DNA from: the human T2T-CHM13v2.0 reference genome, Homo sapiens
NCBI RefSeq assembly: GCF_009914755.1
Contig: NC_060938.1
Strand: one strand, 5' to 3'
DNA length: 64,000 nucleotides
Shown: positions 15,501-27,589 of the stretch, piece after piece
Numbering within the stretch: position 1 is the first letter of the stretch
How the letters are laid out: each line of letters starts with the position of its first letter
Made by a program: the position numbers and the translations under genes
Notes under the pieces: generated by a model
What the model was told of the DNA's origin: nothing
Database searches by the model: none
The model's input: only the letters and a program-made list of their open reading frames with translations

Positions 15501-17902
15501 CTGCCTTGTGATGTTGGTGATGGGTGATGGGTTTGAAGTACTTTCATCCAGGATGGGAGATCTTAACTGTTCTCACAGTGGCTGGTAGAGAGGCCTTGGG
15601 TTCAGCTTTTGTCAGAAATTGTAAGAATTCATCTTTAGACCACAAAGGAGATTGACATTTATCTTTTCCAGCTTATCTTGTGAACAACAAAAAAAATCCC
15701 CCAAAAATCTGACAGCCTAGGTCTCTGAAATGGATTGGTGGTGATGAGAGTGCTAGTTAAACTTTCCCCTAAGGTTTTTTCCTCTTTAAAGGAAGGACCT
15801 TATCAGCCTAAAGGAAAAGGAGAGAAAGGAAGTGGGCCACAGTTTATACCTTATGGCTGCCAGTGCTTCTGTCACAGGAAACTGCTGCCCTCCTCTTGCC
15901 CAGTACACAAGCTGGCTCCTGAGTGGGCAACTTGCTGGGGCTCTGACCACTCCACTGGCAAGCAGCTGAATGTGGCTTCTTGGTTAGACCTCTGCTGACC
16001 ATTTAGGACCAGGATGAATTTGACTAAGGCTGTGCTCCCACAAAGAGCCTCCTGGAAAGAGGCCCTCTCTACAGTCTAAATCCCTTTGTCCTGTGGGCCT
16101 CCTATGTAAGGCCTTCTCCACTGCACACTCCAAGACCTACTTTCTCTGGAGCTCTAGAAAAAGTCAAGGAATTGGACAGGCAGTGATTTTTCAATTTCTC
16201 CCTAAGAATATTCTGGTGGTCTTTGTCACCACCAATAGTAGAAAACAAGCTACCAATCTTTACCCCCCTTCTTGGAGAAAATACCCCTATGCAGGAAGAG
16301 CATGGAAAATCCAAGCACCCAGCCAGATGACCAGAGGCAGTCCCAACACTGGCCTTCTTCAGAAATCATTACCTCCTTTTCTTTCACATCTGCTGTGCCA
16401 GAGCTAACTGGGAAGCCCCCTGGCAGGTCCCAATATCTGTCTTACAATGTTCAAGCTCCCTCCCCAGCAATCATTTATTAGAAAGGGGTTTTATGATACA
16501 AATTTGATAATCTCCCATGCACACTGGCACTGTTCTAATTGAAGTTGTAAGCCCATAAAATTCAAGCCCTTTGTCTTCCTGAAGGCCACAAGGTTTAAAA
16601 AGATACTATTGTCCTGCCTAACACCCACTACATTGTCACCAGGGACTGATTAAACAGAGTCCTGAATCCAAACAGTGCGGATTTTGTCTAGGTCCTTTTC
16701 AGGCCTGACAATGCCCTTTTCAGTTCCCAAGACAAAAAGAGGTTTAAGGATCGAGATTCTTCTAAGATAACCGCATCCATATGGAAGGCAAGGTGGCCGG
16801 CAGCTGAGACCCAAACACCCCACTCCCTTCCCCCTCTCCCCTTCTCTCTTTCTCTCTCCACCCCCCAAAATCCCAGGTGATAACACTGCCTCAGCCACCC
16901 TTCATCCTCCCCTTCTTCCTCCTTGGACAAGAAAGCTAGAGCCCCTAACAGGCCCATGACTCCTCCTTAGAGACCTCCATAAGGGCCCTTGGCTCCCTTC
17001 CCCGCACCTGATGCCCCAACTGCTCTCCTCTGGCGCATCTCCCAGCAGCGGGTGCCTGGGAGCGAGGTCGTCGCTTCTGTGAGAAAGTGACTGCTTGCAC
17101 AAGAGGCCCTAGCGGGGCAGTTACAAATCCAAGGGGTGCTAGTGTGCACTGGCCGGGGTGGACCTGCCCCAATCTCGGATTCCCAAGGCTCCCCCAGGCG
17201 GCCCTCCCTCAGCTGGGAGTCGCGTCCTCCCGGATCTGCCCAGAGGAAAAGCCCTGTGCCGGTCGTTCCCCCGACCCTTTGATGTCTTCACGTCCTCCTC
17301 CCCACCCTGGCCAGGTACTGCGCCATGAGGAGACAGGAAATCACAGCTAACTTAGGCACTTGCAGGCTTAAATAGGGGTTACAAATTCCCCGGTGCTCTT
17401 CAGGTCCCCAGGCACTTTTCAAAGGGTCCCCGAGCACTTGGCTCCTGCACTCTGGAAACAGCTTGCGGCCCGGCCTGGGCTGCTCCGGTGCAGCGCGCCC
17501 CGCACCTGGCCTCGCCGGCTCATCTCCGGAGAAACTCCTTCTGCCCTGTCGTGGTCCACAGGGTTGACTTTTCGGTATTCGAAACGCCAGCAGCTCTGGG
17601 AGCCCAGCGGAGAGTCGGAGTCACTCTGGGGCCAGTGACGCCTCCCGCTGACAAGAATCCCAAAGTTGCCTCAGCTTCCTCCTCTCCTTTTCTTCCCGCG
17701 CCCAACCCTGACATCACCACCCCTCCATCCCCCAGGTATCTTCCTAAAGCCGTGTCGGGACTGCAACCCGCCCTTCGATCCAGCTGGGGCCGGGCCCCAC
17801 TTAGCCAGTCAAGGGGCGAGCCAGCGATGCGAACACCGGTCTGGGGGGCACGACTCCCGCCTACGTTCCCCGCAGGCGCGCAGGGGACCCAACCCCACAC
17901 AT

Positions 17903-17908
17903 TTTATT
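17903..17908 (-). terminator. Polyadenylation signal AATAAA for NKX2-8
   Basis: TTTATT on plus ~330 nt past the stop codon, after an AU-rich stretch of the 3'UTR and before a GU-rich tract. Confidence 0.75.
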
Positions 17909-18238
17909 CTCGAACTACGAGGAAAAATACTCTATTTTTTAAAAAAATAACTTGCTTCCTATACAAATCGCTATTTAAAAATATACAAATAAGGCCCAAG
18001 CATAAAATCTAACTCTGGGGCTGGCGGTGGAGGGAAGGTGAGGGAGGGGGCTCTGGCACACGTCCCTCGTGTGTGCTTGCGCGACGGCTGATGAGGGCGC
18101 GCCAGGGACCCTGGCGCCCAAGGAGATGGGGCTGCAGGGAGGCGGACGGAGAGCGTTCCAGGCGTTCGGCTCCGGCCCTGCTCCAATCGCAGAGCGCGCT
18201 CCAAAGTCGAGGGTAGCCCCAGGTGCCGCCCTGCGGCC

Positions 18239-18801
18239 TCACCAGTTCCAGGAGACCAGGGCGGGGGATGCTAAGTGCTGGTAGGCGGGGAAGAGGCCAA
18301 GCGCCGAGCCGGGACCGAAGGCAGGGTAGCCCGGCAGAGGGCAGGCGGCGGCTGGAGGGGCGCCGCACTTCTCCTGGGCCGCGGCGGTTCCCACCTCGCC
18401 ACCGCCGCCGCCGCCGCACGGCTGCCCGTCGCGAACAAGCACCGGCACCACCACGCGACGCAGCAGGCCGGGCGCGGCGTGCAGCTCGGCGGATGCTGCC
18501 AGGTCAGGCGACTCCGCCGCCCCTGGAGCGCGAGCGCGCTTCAGCTTGTAGCGATGATTCTGGAACCAGATCTTGACCTGCGTGGGCGTGAGGCGAAGCA
18601 GGCTCGCCAGCTGCTCGCGCTCGGGCGCAGACAGGTACCGCTGCTGCCGGAAGCGCCGCTCCAACTCCAGCGTCTGCGCCTTGGAGAATAGCACCCGCCG
18701 CTTCTTCCTTTTCTCGGCGTCCGAGCCCGGAGACGCGGGCCTAGCGGACGGCCGCTGCGACGAGTCTGGCGGGCTGGTCTCCAGGCTGCTCTCGTCCGAG
18801 G
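18239..18801 (-). CDS. NKX2-8: NKX2-8 coding exon 2 (homeodomain, NK2-SD, poly-Gly, stop TGA)
   Basis: Acceptor ...tctcctttgctgtccctAG|CC at 18802/18801; the phase matches exon 1 (T+CC=Ser, giving HYPSSDESS). Confidence 0.97.
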
Positions 18802-19726
18802 CTAGGGACAGCAAAGGAGACACGGGTGGGTGAGACGCCGGACCCTACGAGGGCCTGCTGCCCTTCTGGCGCGGGCGTGGAGGCACTGGCCAGAGGGCAC
18901 GCCCACTAGCCCGAGACTTTCGGGATGAGGCCATTTCCTGAGTCCACATCTGGACATCCACCTCTCCGAATGCGGTGACCTCATTCATACCACAGCGGTC
19001 ATCAGCGGGCCTGAGATCGTGCCCCGAAAAAACCCACCCCGGGGCCCTCTTAACATGTCCGCACCGGTAGTTGCGCTGGCCGACCAGTTTATCACAAGCT
19101 GGGTCACCAGCGCCGGCCTCCTCCAGGTCGACTGCACTGCAGTGTGCCGAGGTTTGCGGAGCCCTGAGTGGGAACGGGGTGGGGGTAAACTCGCCAACAC
19201 TGGCCATCCCAGACGGAGGCCTGGAGATCGTGGCCGTGTTTTCAGGCATGGAGAGGGGGCGGGGGGTGGGGTGGGGGCGGCAGGTGGCGGCGCGTTTTAA
19301 ATTTCAATTATTCCGACCTCTAGAAATCGTCAGACACAGAAACCCCAAATCTCGGAGCACCAGTGCCAGGCAGGGATCTGCTCTTAGGATGTGCCGACCG
19401 GGATGAATGCGTTAGGGGTTCGAGGACAGGGCTCCCGTTTCCAAGACTGAGGAAATCTAGACTCTGGGCTGGGATTTCGGCTTTCCGGCCCCTCGTGGGC
19501 TGGGCCCTTGATTCTGCTGCCCCACGCCTCCTACCTCCCACCCCGCACCGCAATCCACCACGCACTTACAAGGGTAGTGGCCGCGCTCCGAATCCAGCCA
19601 GGCGGCGCAGGGGTCGGGCTGGGGGGCGCGTGGTTCTGGCTCCCGCCTCGGCAGGTGTTGCGCGTCCTGCTCGGGTAAATCTAGAAGGCTGCGCACGGTG
19701 AAGCTCAGGCGTCCAGAGGTGGCCAT
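18239..19726 (-). CDS. NKX2-8: NK2 homeobox 8, spliced CDS join(19726..19570,18801..18239), 239 aa
   Basis: 157+563=720 nt gives an open 239-codon frame plus stop. It encodes a TN/eh1 motif ([10 protein letters not shown]), an NK2 homeodomain with Tyr54 ([12 protein letters not shown]...[11 protein letters not shown], 18709-18530), an NK2-specific domain ([15 protein letters not shown]) and C-terminal WNW. Start context is a strong Kozak (GCCATGG). Confidence 0.98.
18802..19569 (-). other. NKX2-8: NKX2-8 intron, 768 bp, GT-AG
   Basis: GTAAGT donor, pyrimidine-rich tract and TAG acceptor. Confidence 0.95.
19570..19726 (-). CDS. NKX2-8: NKX2-8 coding exon 1 ([15 protein letters not shown]...ERGHYP + 1 nt)
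   Basis: ATG at 19726; canonical donor T|GTAAGT starting at 19569 on the minus strand; phase 1. Confidence 0.96.
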
Positions 19727-19859
19727 GGCCGAGGAGGGGAAGGAGGCGGGGGCAGGGCAGGCTGGGAACGGAGGGGCGGCCGGGACGCCGCTCCTACGGA
19801 TGGGCGTGGGAGGCGCTCGCCATGCGCTGGCAGCCGGGATATTAGCGCATTTACAGCGG

Positions 19860-20030
19860 AATCTCTGTTTATATAAACAGCTCTTCCCACCCAGGCCGCT
19901 TTGAAAGCCGAGGTCCGGGTCTCCAGGGTGTTAAGTACCTGAATGAGCACTGGACCAGAGCCGGGGCGAGCCCGGAAGGTGCCACCTCCGCCCCCGCCCC
20001 GCCCCGCACCCCGCCCCGCACCCCGCCCCT
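19860..20030 (-). promoter_or_regulatory. NKX2-8 core promoter: TATA box (19868-19877) and tandem GC boxes (19988-20028)
   Basis: TATATAAA ~145 bp upstream of the ATG; repeated GGGGCGGGG Sp/KLF boxes further upstream. Confidence 0.7.
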
Positions 20031-23000
20031 TGGCGCCCAGTTACCTCCCAGAGGCTGCAGGAAGCAGCATTTGGCATTAGCGATTCTGTCTGATTAGCCC
20101 AAAGTGGGGACAGATAATGGGGATTGTTACCAGTGAATAACATCTTGGGTGGCGAGCGGTGGCCACCACCCGCCTGACCCAGCCCCAGCTTCCTCCTCCT
20201 CCTCCTGGGCTGACTTGAGGCCAGGCCCCGCGGGAGCGCCGGGAAGGGTGGGGGTGGCAGGGGTGGGTTTATTAGCACCCAGGAATTTATTCCCTGTTTG
20301 CTTTATTCTTCGAGCTTGTTTGCTGGAGTGGTAGTTTCCCGCAATTATCCAGAAAGTGATTTACAAAGCGGCGTTAAACTCTGGCGCGCTCCCTTTCTCT
20401 TTTTGGTTGGGCCCCTCTAAGATTCAGGATGACAAGTTTCAGGAGGGCGTAAAGATTAGCCTGGCCCTGCCAGCATTGGCCCAGGGGTTTCAACGGCCGC
20501 TGGGAGCCTCGGATCACACCATACATCCCCCTAACAGCCTCAGAGGTGCTGAGGAAGGGCTGGGACAACATTCGGAGCCCCAGCTCCACGTCTCCACAGG
20601 CCGGCAAAACAGAAGAGGCTTGTAGCCAAGCTACTTAGGTCTACAGTGCCTGTCTCTTTGGCCCAGCTTCGCCCGGCCGCTGCCGATCTCGGAGCTCGGA
20701 GGCCGAGCTCCACAAATTTGGGTCCAGGCCCGCTTTAGAGCCCCTGGGCGGGGGCGCTTCTCAGGGCATCCTGTGAGGGCTTTGAGGCCTCCTTGGAGTC
20801 GCCAGATGAACTGGTGCCGCCTGTGCGCCTTGGCCCCATAGCCTCAACGGCACTCTCACTGCCTGGGCTTTGGTCTTTGCCCAGGAGCCTGCCCATGGCC
20901 TACGCTCCCCGCTCGCAGCATGGCAGACCCTGACGAGGCTGCCCGCCTTGGTCCGGGAATGGACCGATCGGGAGAATTAGGACAGGGCCTACCCAGCAGA
21001 AAATACCACCGGCCATGGGTTTCTCTGGGATCTTCTAGTTTCCACAGTTCCACCCTAGAAAATGATCAATGTAGGAGGCGCAGGGAACAGGCCGCCGTGG
21101 ATACATTTTGTTGGGCCATGGCCTAGCTCTGGCCGCGCTTCAATCTACAGAGGAACGCCCTCTCAGAGGCCTCTCCTACTGAAGCTAGTAGTTTGGATAT
21201 TTAGTTGCTAAATTGTAGCGAAGGGCTCTGTACTTGGGTGGCTGCACCAGAAGTCCTGGCTCCTCCCGGGCTGAACTCGAACCTGGCTCGGATGCGGCGG
21301 CGGCGGCCCTGTCAAGCCCCGCGCACCCTCCCCAGCAGCCTCCCTATCAAGCGTGCCCGAGGTGCCCGGAGCTGCACCGCGCGCTGGGTGGTCGGGCGGA
21401 GGCAACCCCAATACAGGCCAACTGCTAGGCCGCGGACAAAGGGGAAATGGAGCTCGACGCCCCGGACCTGTTGGAAGCATTTGTTCCAGTCAAGATTTTG
21501 CATTTGTTCAGTCCGGAATAATGCATGATTGACGTCTGCTCACAATGCGCTTTAACGCGCCGGGATAAATCGGAGCTTGTCCGGTGTTGTCATGGTTTTC
21601 AATGGGGTTCAATGGGATTGGGAGCACGATCGACTCTGCTGGCCGTCTTTCCGCGGCCCTGGCAATAGATTTATTAGTTATGTCTTTTTAAATAAGATTA
21701 AACTGAAATGACTTGGCTGTCCTCTCTGCAGACGGGGCCGGGGCGGGAGCCTGGAGTGGGCAGGGGACAGCGGAGTCTGGAAACCCGCCGCGCACCGCTC
21801 CTCAGCTCCCGAGCCCCCAGCGTCTAGAGAGTGGGCAGGTCGCAGACTGGCTCCAGGCCTCGTGGACTTATCTCTGGCCAGAGCCCGAGGCCTGGCAATC
21901 TCTGCCAGCCCACCTCCCTAGTGAGAAGCTGAGGCACTGACAAAGACCGTCCTGGGGAAGCAAGTGTTAAGACTGATTCCCAAATTCGGTCTTGAACTAT
22001 GAGATTGTGTAAGGTAGAAGGAGCTCTGGCCTGGAAATCGGTTCGCATCCTCGCTCTGCCCCTACCTATCTCTAACCACCTCATTTCTCTAAGCTTCCTT
22101 CCTTCCTTTTTTTTTTTAAAATTAATCTGATACAGAAGATAGTAGGAGAATAGATTTGGTAATTTCTAAGGACCCTACCAGTTTTATGATTCTGTATCTC
22201 AGGAATTTTTCTAAACCTATCTTCATTGTAGCATTTACCAGCCGGATATTTAGACTCCCTCCTCCCTCAGGTTCTCGAATTCTTAGCCCCAGGACTGACT
22301 CCGTCTCCAGGATGTTCTAGGAGAGGAGGTGTCATCTTTTGAGTTTCCCAAGGATCCTCCACAGGAGTAGGGTGGGGTGGATAACAATTTAGGGAAGAGA
22401 ACCAAGTCAGGAGAAGCAAAAGAAGAGTCTTTCCTTGAGTGACTGACCTCTCTTAGCCTTTTAATCTATTTAACATCCTAAGCCCACACTGACGTGTAGA
22501 AATAAGTAAATGGCGCTCTTCAGCTCTTAAGAGCTCTTCAGCATCAAATATTTGCTTTTACTCTTAGTGTTTGGCTTCCAAAGCAGAGATACAGGCCCCA
22601 TCTAGCACTTGTGCTCTGGGAAGGACTTTGCTCTGGGATTCGCTCCAAATATTACTTCTAGCTTCATGTTCACGGGCTTCGGAAACAGTGTTCCTGGGCC
22701 TTGGTCTGCATTTTAGATGTCCCATGGAAACCCTGTAGCTCCTGGTTCTAGAAAGGGCTGCAGCTTACCTGCTTCATCTTGGATTCCCTCCTCCTCTGCC
22801 ATAAGTGCCTCTGCCATAGGCCAACCTTCCTCTCAGCTCTGCTCCGCGGATTTAGCTGAATTATCTCTGAGAGCTAGAACCGGGGGACTCCAAGAAATTG
22901 TTCAATATAAACTGTGCCTTCTGAAGAAATGCAGGAAAGCCAGAATTAGAGAAAGGTACTTTCTATATTGCCTTTTCACATCAGATAAATTCACAGACAT

Positions 23001-26000
23001 GGGAGGGGAAAATTATTTTGATATTGGGTCAATAGGAAAAGACAGTCAAGCTAATCTTAAGTTTTTTACACATTGGAGATATATACGAATTGCCTCCAAT
23101 TCCCAAGAGATTCTTAGAATCACAAGTAAGCATTTAACTGGACATTATTTCCAGATTTTCATATATTATTTGGTGTTCTGGACAATTGAACTTCTTTGCA
23201 ACTTAACATACCATGTGAATATTATTATTTAATTAGCTAAGTAGTTGTTTTCTTGTAATTGGATGTAGTATATCTCAATTCCAGTAAGAGTTTTTAATGT
23301 TTAGGCACCTGTAATATATGAGTATATTTAAGCTGTCCACAATAATCATCCTTTCAGAAGTATTATCCAGAGATGATTATCACTACCACGTGCTTAAGAT
23401 TTTAAGACTAGAAAATTCTGAAATAAAACTAAAGCATCTTGATTTTGAAAAAAATGATTGTGTCTATATCTTGCATTCCGTTTTTAAATCCTTCCATTTT
23501 GGTTAAGTGTTTCACAAAATCCTGCAAATCTATACAGTATTGAAGAGAGGCAACACTGCAAATTCCCCTTGATAGATGGAGGGCCCTCAACTGCCAGGAC
23601 ATTTTTCTTTGCCTCATAGCAACTGCTCCCCCCTCTTTATCACTGTTGTGGTTAAAATAGCAAAAGGAAAATGAAAATGGGGTTCTGACACTTCCAAGAA
23701 GAAGTGGATGATCTTGATTGGTCATAGGATGTAAGGAATAGGCATCATTTAAAATCAGATCTCTTTGCCTTTCTTTCTAAAAACAAGTAAACATTTCCCT
23801 TCTAATGGCTAATAATCAATTGCTTCACAGTAGTCCAAGCTTGGCTGTGATTCTTTCTTAGTTATATCGATGATATATACACACAGGACAAGGAACAAAC
23901 AGCAATTATTTTCAGGCTGGAAATTTAGTCTATTTTTGAAATGGCTTTAGATTTTATTGTTTAATGCCAAATGACAAGATTTGAATGATCCTACCTTCAG
24001 TCTCTTAAAATAATGACTTTACATTGACTTTGTTATTGTTCTTGATCTCTAGAGGGAAAGCTTTTCTTTCCTAATATGTTTCTCTAGTTATTTAAGTATG
24101 TACATGAAAAAATATATAGAAGTAAAATGGTTCAATTAATTGAAAAATAAACTTATTTTATTAAATATCCATCCTTACCATTTGCTAAAAAGCCAGCAAA
24201 TAACTGTTTAAATTTTAGTTTATTAAATATTCTAGTCTTCCTTATGCCTTACAATGGTATAATAAGGATAGCTGTTATGGCATGATATGTAAGTTAGCAG
24301 AATAAAAATAGTAACACACCTTGGAGGAGGGGTGTCAGATCTTATTTGTCCAGAGCTGAACCTCTTATTTTTGTCTAAGCTTTTTTTTAAAGTACCATGT
24401 TATACTCCTTTGCTCAACTGATATAGATGTAGTTTCTATAACACAGAATTCTTATTGATGTTTACATAATAAAGTTCCAGGCCCTAAATCATATTTAATG
24501 CTACATGCAGACACTGACAGGGTAGATTGACCCCAGGAACATATTCGATGATCTCAGCCCCAGTATCTCACATAGGCCTACCCATAGTGCGTGCTTATAA
24601 CTAACCATCAACACTTCAGTTCAAGCCAGTTATTATTTTTTAAATTGCCCAAGCATTATAATGGGGTCTTTTAAAATATACCTTTACTTTGTTCTTAGAT
24701 CATCTCTGGAATTCTAAAAGAATCCCATCATTAAAGTGAGGTATTATTTCTGTCTTACTTGACAGAAATTTAAACAAAACACTAAACCAATCATTCTGGA
24801 GAAGTATTTGTTAATATTCCGTGAAGACAGGGATCCCAGTCTTTCAAAGGGCCAAAGAATCAGATGTTCAATTCTCTTATCGATGTCGACAATAGTAGTA
24901 ATAAAAATATCACTTCATATTTTACACATTTGAGAATGTTTACAACGTATATTCACACTTAGTCTCAGTCACAAGAGATTATCTGGAAGATGGAAAACTT
25001 AAAGAGGGACTTAAAGGCGAGATAGACTGAGATATCCCTAGAATTGAAGAAATCAGTGGGGAGGATGAAGAGGACCTAAATAAGAGAAAGAGAGTCCATT
25101 GTAATAGAAGGTATTAGAAAAGAAAGAGTAAAAAGTGAAAGAGAAAGACAGCATGTGCTAGCTTAGAAGCTACAGGTTCAATTTGATCTCATCAACTCAA
25201 AGAGGATAAGCATGGATGGAAAAGTTCCAGTTGAGAGTAGCTTTTATATTCTTTCCCAAAGTCTTTATAATTCTAAAAATTACGACAATAGATAAGCTTT
25301 AGTTTTTAAAACACTTCAAATTTTTCTAGATCCTATCTAGTTTACTCTTAATTTTCCCTTGGAAAAATCTTTTCCCCTCTTCCAAGAGGTGGCACAAATA
25401 CACAACAGAAGCAAGAAATGACTGCTTGTGGGAATTTCCCCACAAAAAGAGTAAAAGAACTATATATGTTTACTGCAGCCTCTGGAAATCCCTTAACCAG
25501 CAAAGGTGGCTGTCTTTGTATTCTTGATTAAATGGGTATTTGCACTGAAGTCACATACCACACAAAGGAAACAAAACAAAATAAAAATGTCCTCCGTGTT
25601 CTGTTTTTCAATCATTTGTGTGAAGGAGGTTCCTGGCCTTTATCACTGTCAGTGAAAAGTTCTTCATTGGCAGGAGACATTCCACTCACCCTGCTTCTTG
25701 TGCACAGGGAGCTTACCATGGAAACTACTTCTGGATCCATCAGACAAATATATAAACGACAAAGCTCCACGCTGGGCATTTTAGGTTTAGCGACAGGATA
25801 TGAAGAAGGGCGTTTAGAATTTCTTGAGAAATTTATTGTTCTATTTGCCTTGCTCTGAATCTTAAAACCCATAAATTGAACTTGTTTAAGTTAGGAAACA
25901 ACTAAGAAATGACTTTATCTAAGGAAATTCTTTCTGGCACAAAAATATATATGCCATGTTTAACACAACTTAAGTATAGTAAAACTGTGCTTTAGGTAGA

Positions 26001-27516
26001 TTATTTTTAAATGATAGCTTCAGTATCCCCAAGATAATAAATTCATCCTAATACATGTTTGTATTTTTTAATCGGGTATGGCCTTTAATTAAGTGAGACA
26101 AACAAACAAACAAAAAGCCCCATAATTGTTTCTATGCTGACCACATTCCTTTTGTTAACAAGCTCCATCCTAAAGTGTCCTTGGCTTATTCTTAAAATGT
26201 AACATTTTGCTTTGTAACACAAACCTGAGGAAACAAGATATCATCTCAGAAAACTTTCATTGCATTTTTTGGATTCCACGTTTTGTCAAGCTCTCATTTG
26301 ATTTATAACCAACCCCAGGTTACTTCCCCACGGTTTCCAGCTAGTCTGTTTCCAGCTTTCCTCTGCTCGTGGTCCACATGAACTCACCGTGAAGACCATC
26401 TGTGCTTGACACATCCACCCATGAGCAGCGTGTTTCCAGTGCTCATTTTCATTAGCAGCTCCTCACGTCAAGTCAGTTTACATAAACTCGACTGATATAT
26501 TCTTGGATGGCTATGCCATCAGGATGTGCACATTTTTATACATAATGAAAACACAGTTTTTTTTTCTTGGGCACTGGGAGTAAGGATATGTTCAGTCAGT
26601 TTGTAGTATGAGAAAGAAATAGATGGTCACAGATTCTATTGTAGTTGCTTCTTTAGGTTTGGCTACTTTAAAACCAAAACAAAACCTTCCTTTTAAAAAT
26701 TTTTCTTACACGAAAGGACTGGGCTATAAGGCCGATTTAGACGGGGAAAATCAAAAGTATAAATATGTACCTAAAGTTAGACATTCTATTTCTTACGTAT
26801 TATTAAAATGATTTTATAATGATAAATTTTGTGAAAGCTCAGATGCCAGAATGCAGGGGTTATCCAAGATCATTAGCAGGTCATCCCTGGTGAATTTAAC
26901 CTTCTGGTTTTTTCTGTAATAAAAATAAAAAACTACTCAAGTTCCATGAATTATTTTAGTCATCTCTTTTATAGAACCATTAGGAAAAGTACATGAATAT
27001 CTCCTTTTATGAATTACACTGTTTTTCTGTTATTGAAATTTTCTATTATTCAAATCCTAGGGAAGTCGGAGTGAGATCCTGATTCTCCAGGCAGCTGATT
27101 GATCACAAGAGCATCCCTAAGGGGTAGCATGGGGATGGGGATGAAGGGAGAAACCTACAAGTGTCTCTAACTGAATCTGAGGTAGTTTGCACTGAAGGGA
27201 GGTGGGTGGGACAGGGTGAAGGGAAGGAGGAAGGGAGGAGAAAGTGAGAGGGTGAGTGCTTGTCTCAGCTTAGGGATTCCCCATCTCCAGCCAGCCAGGG
27301 CTTTTACCAGTTGGAGGATGGTAAAGGGAAGGCAAGTGGCAGGGAGTCAGTTTCATCACCTCTGGAGTACCACACCACCAAGTGTAGAGGAGAAAGGGCT
27401 TGGTGGTTTGTTCAGATGCCAATTAAGGGACCCGAAGGCCTGTACATTTTAAAAGTCCATGTAGGGAACAAAGTCTGATATGTAGGGATCCTGTTGTGAT
27501 TTGTTTTTTTGTTTGG

Positions 27517-27517
<1 letters not shown>

Positions 27518-27552
<35 letters not shown>
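27518..27552. repeat. (TG)~17 microsatellite
   Basis: Perfect dinucleotide run. Confidence 0.97.
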
Positions 27553-27557
<5 letters not shown>

Positions 27558-27589
27558 ATTTTGGGGGTTTTTGTTTTGTTTTGTTTTTC

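Larger units (their letters stand above)
17000..21950. promoter_or_regulatory. CpG island covering NKX2-8 and its upstream region
   Basis: Sharp rise in GC and CpG density compared with the CpG-poor flanks (judged by eye). Confidence 0.9.

Noticed and set aside
18802-18823. N-terminus MSPLLSLA of the 194-aa ORF, and the extension of ORF 19457-19726 past 19570
   Set aside because: Both are intronic read-through beyond canonical splice sites.
17087-21940. Many overlapping 60-175 aa ORFs on both strands (e.g. 17488-18012+, 18275-18691+)
   Set aside because: Expected in stop-poor GC-rich CpG island DNA or as antisense shadows of NKX2-8; no recognisable domains.
22717-23232. 171-aa ORF
   Set aside because: No recognisable homology or exon structure; composition drifts like non-coding DNA.
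24131-24144. 14-bp palindrome ttcaattaattgaa
   Set aside because: Plausible by chance in very AT-rich sequence; no supporting context.
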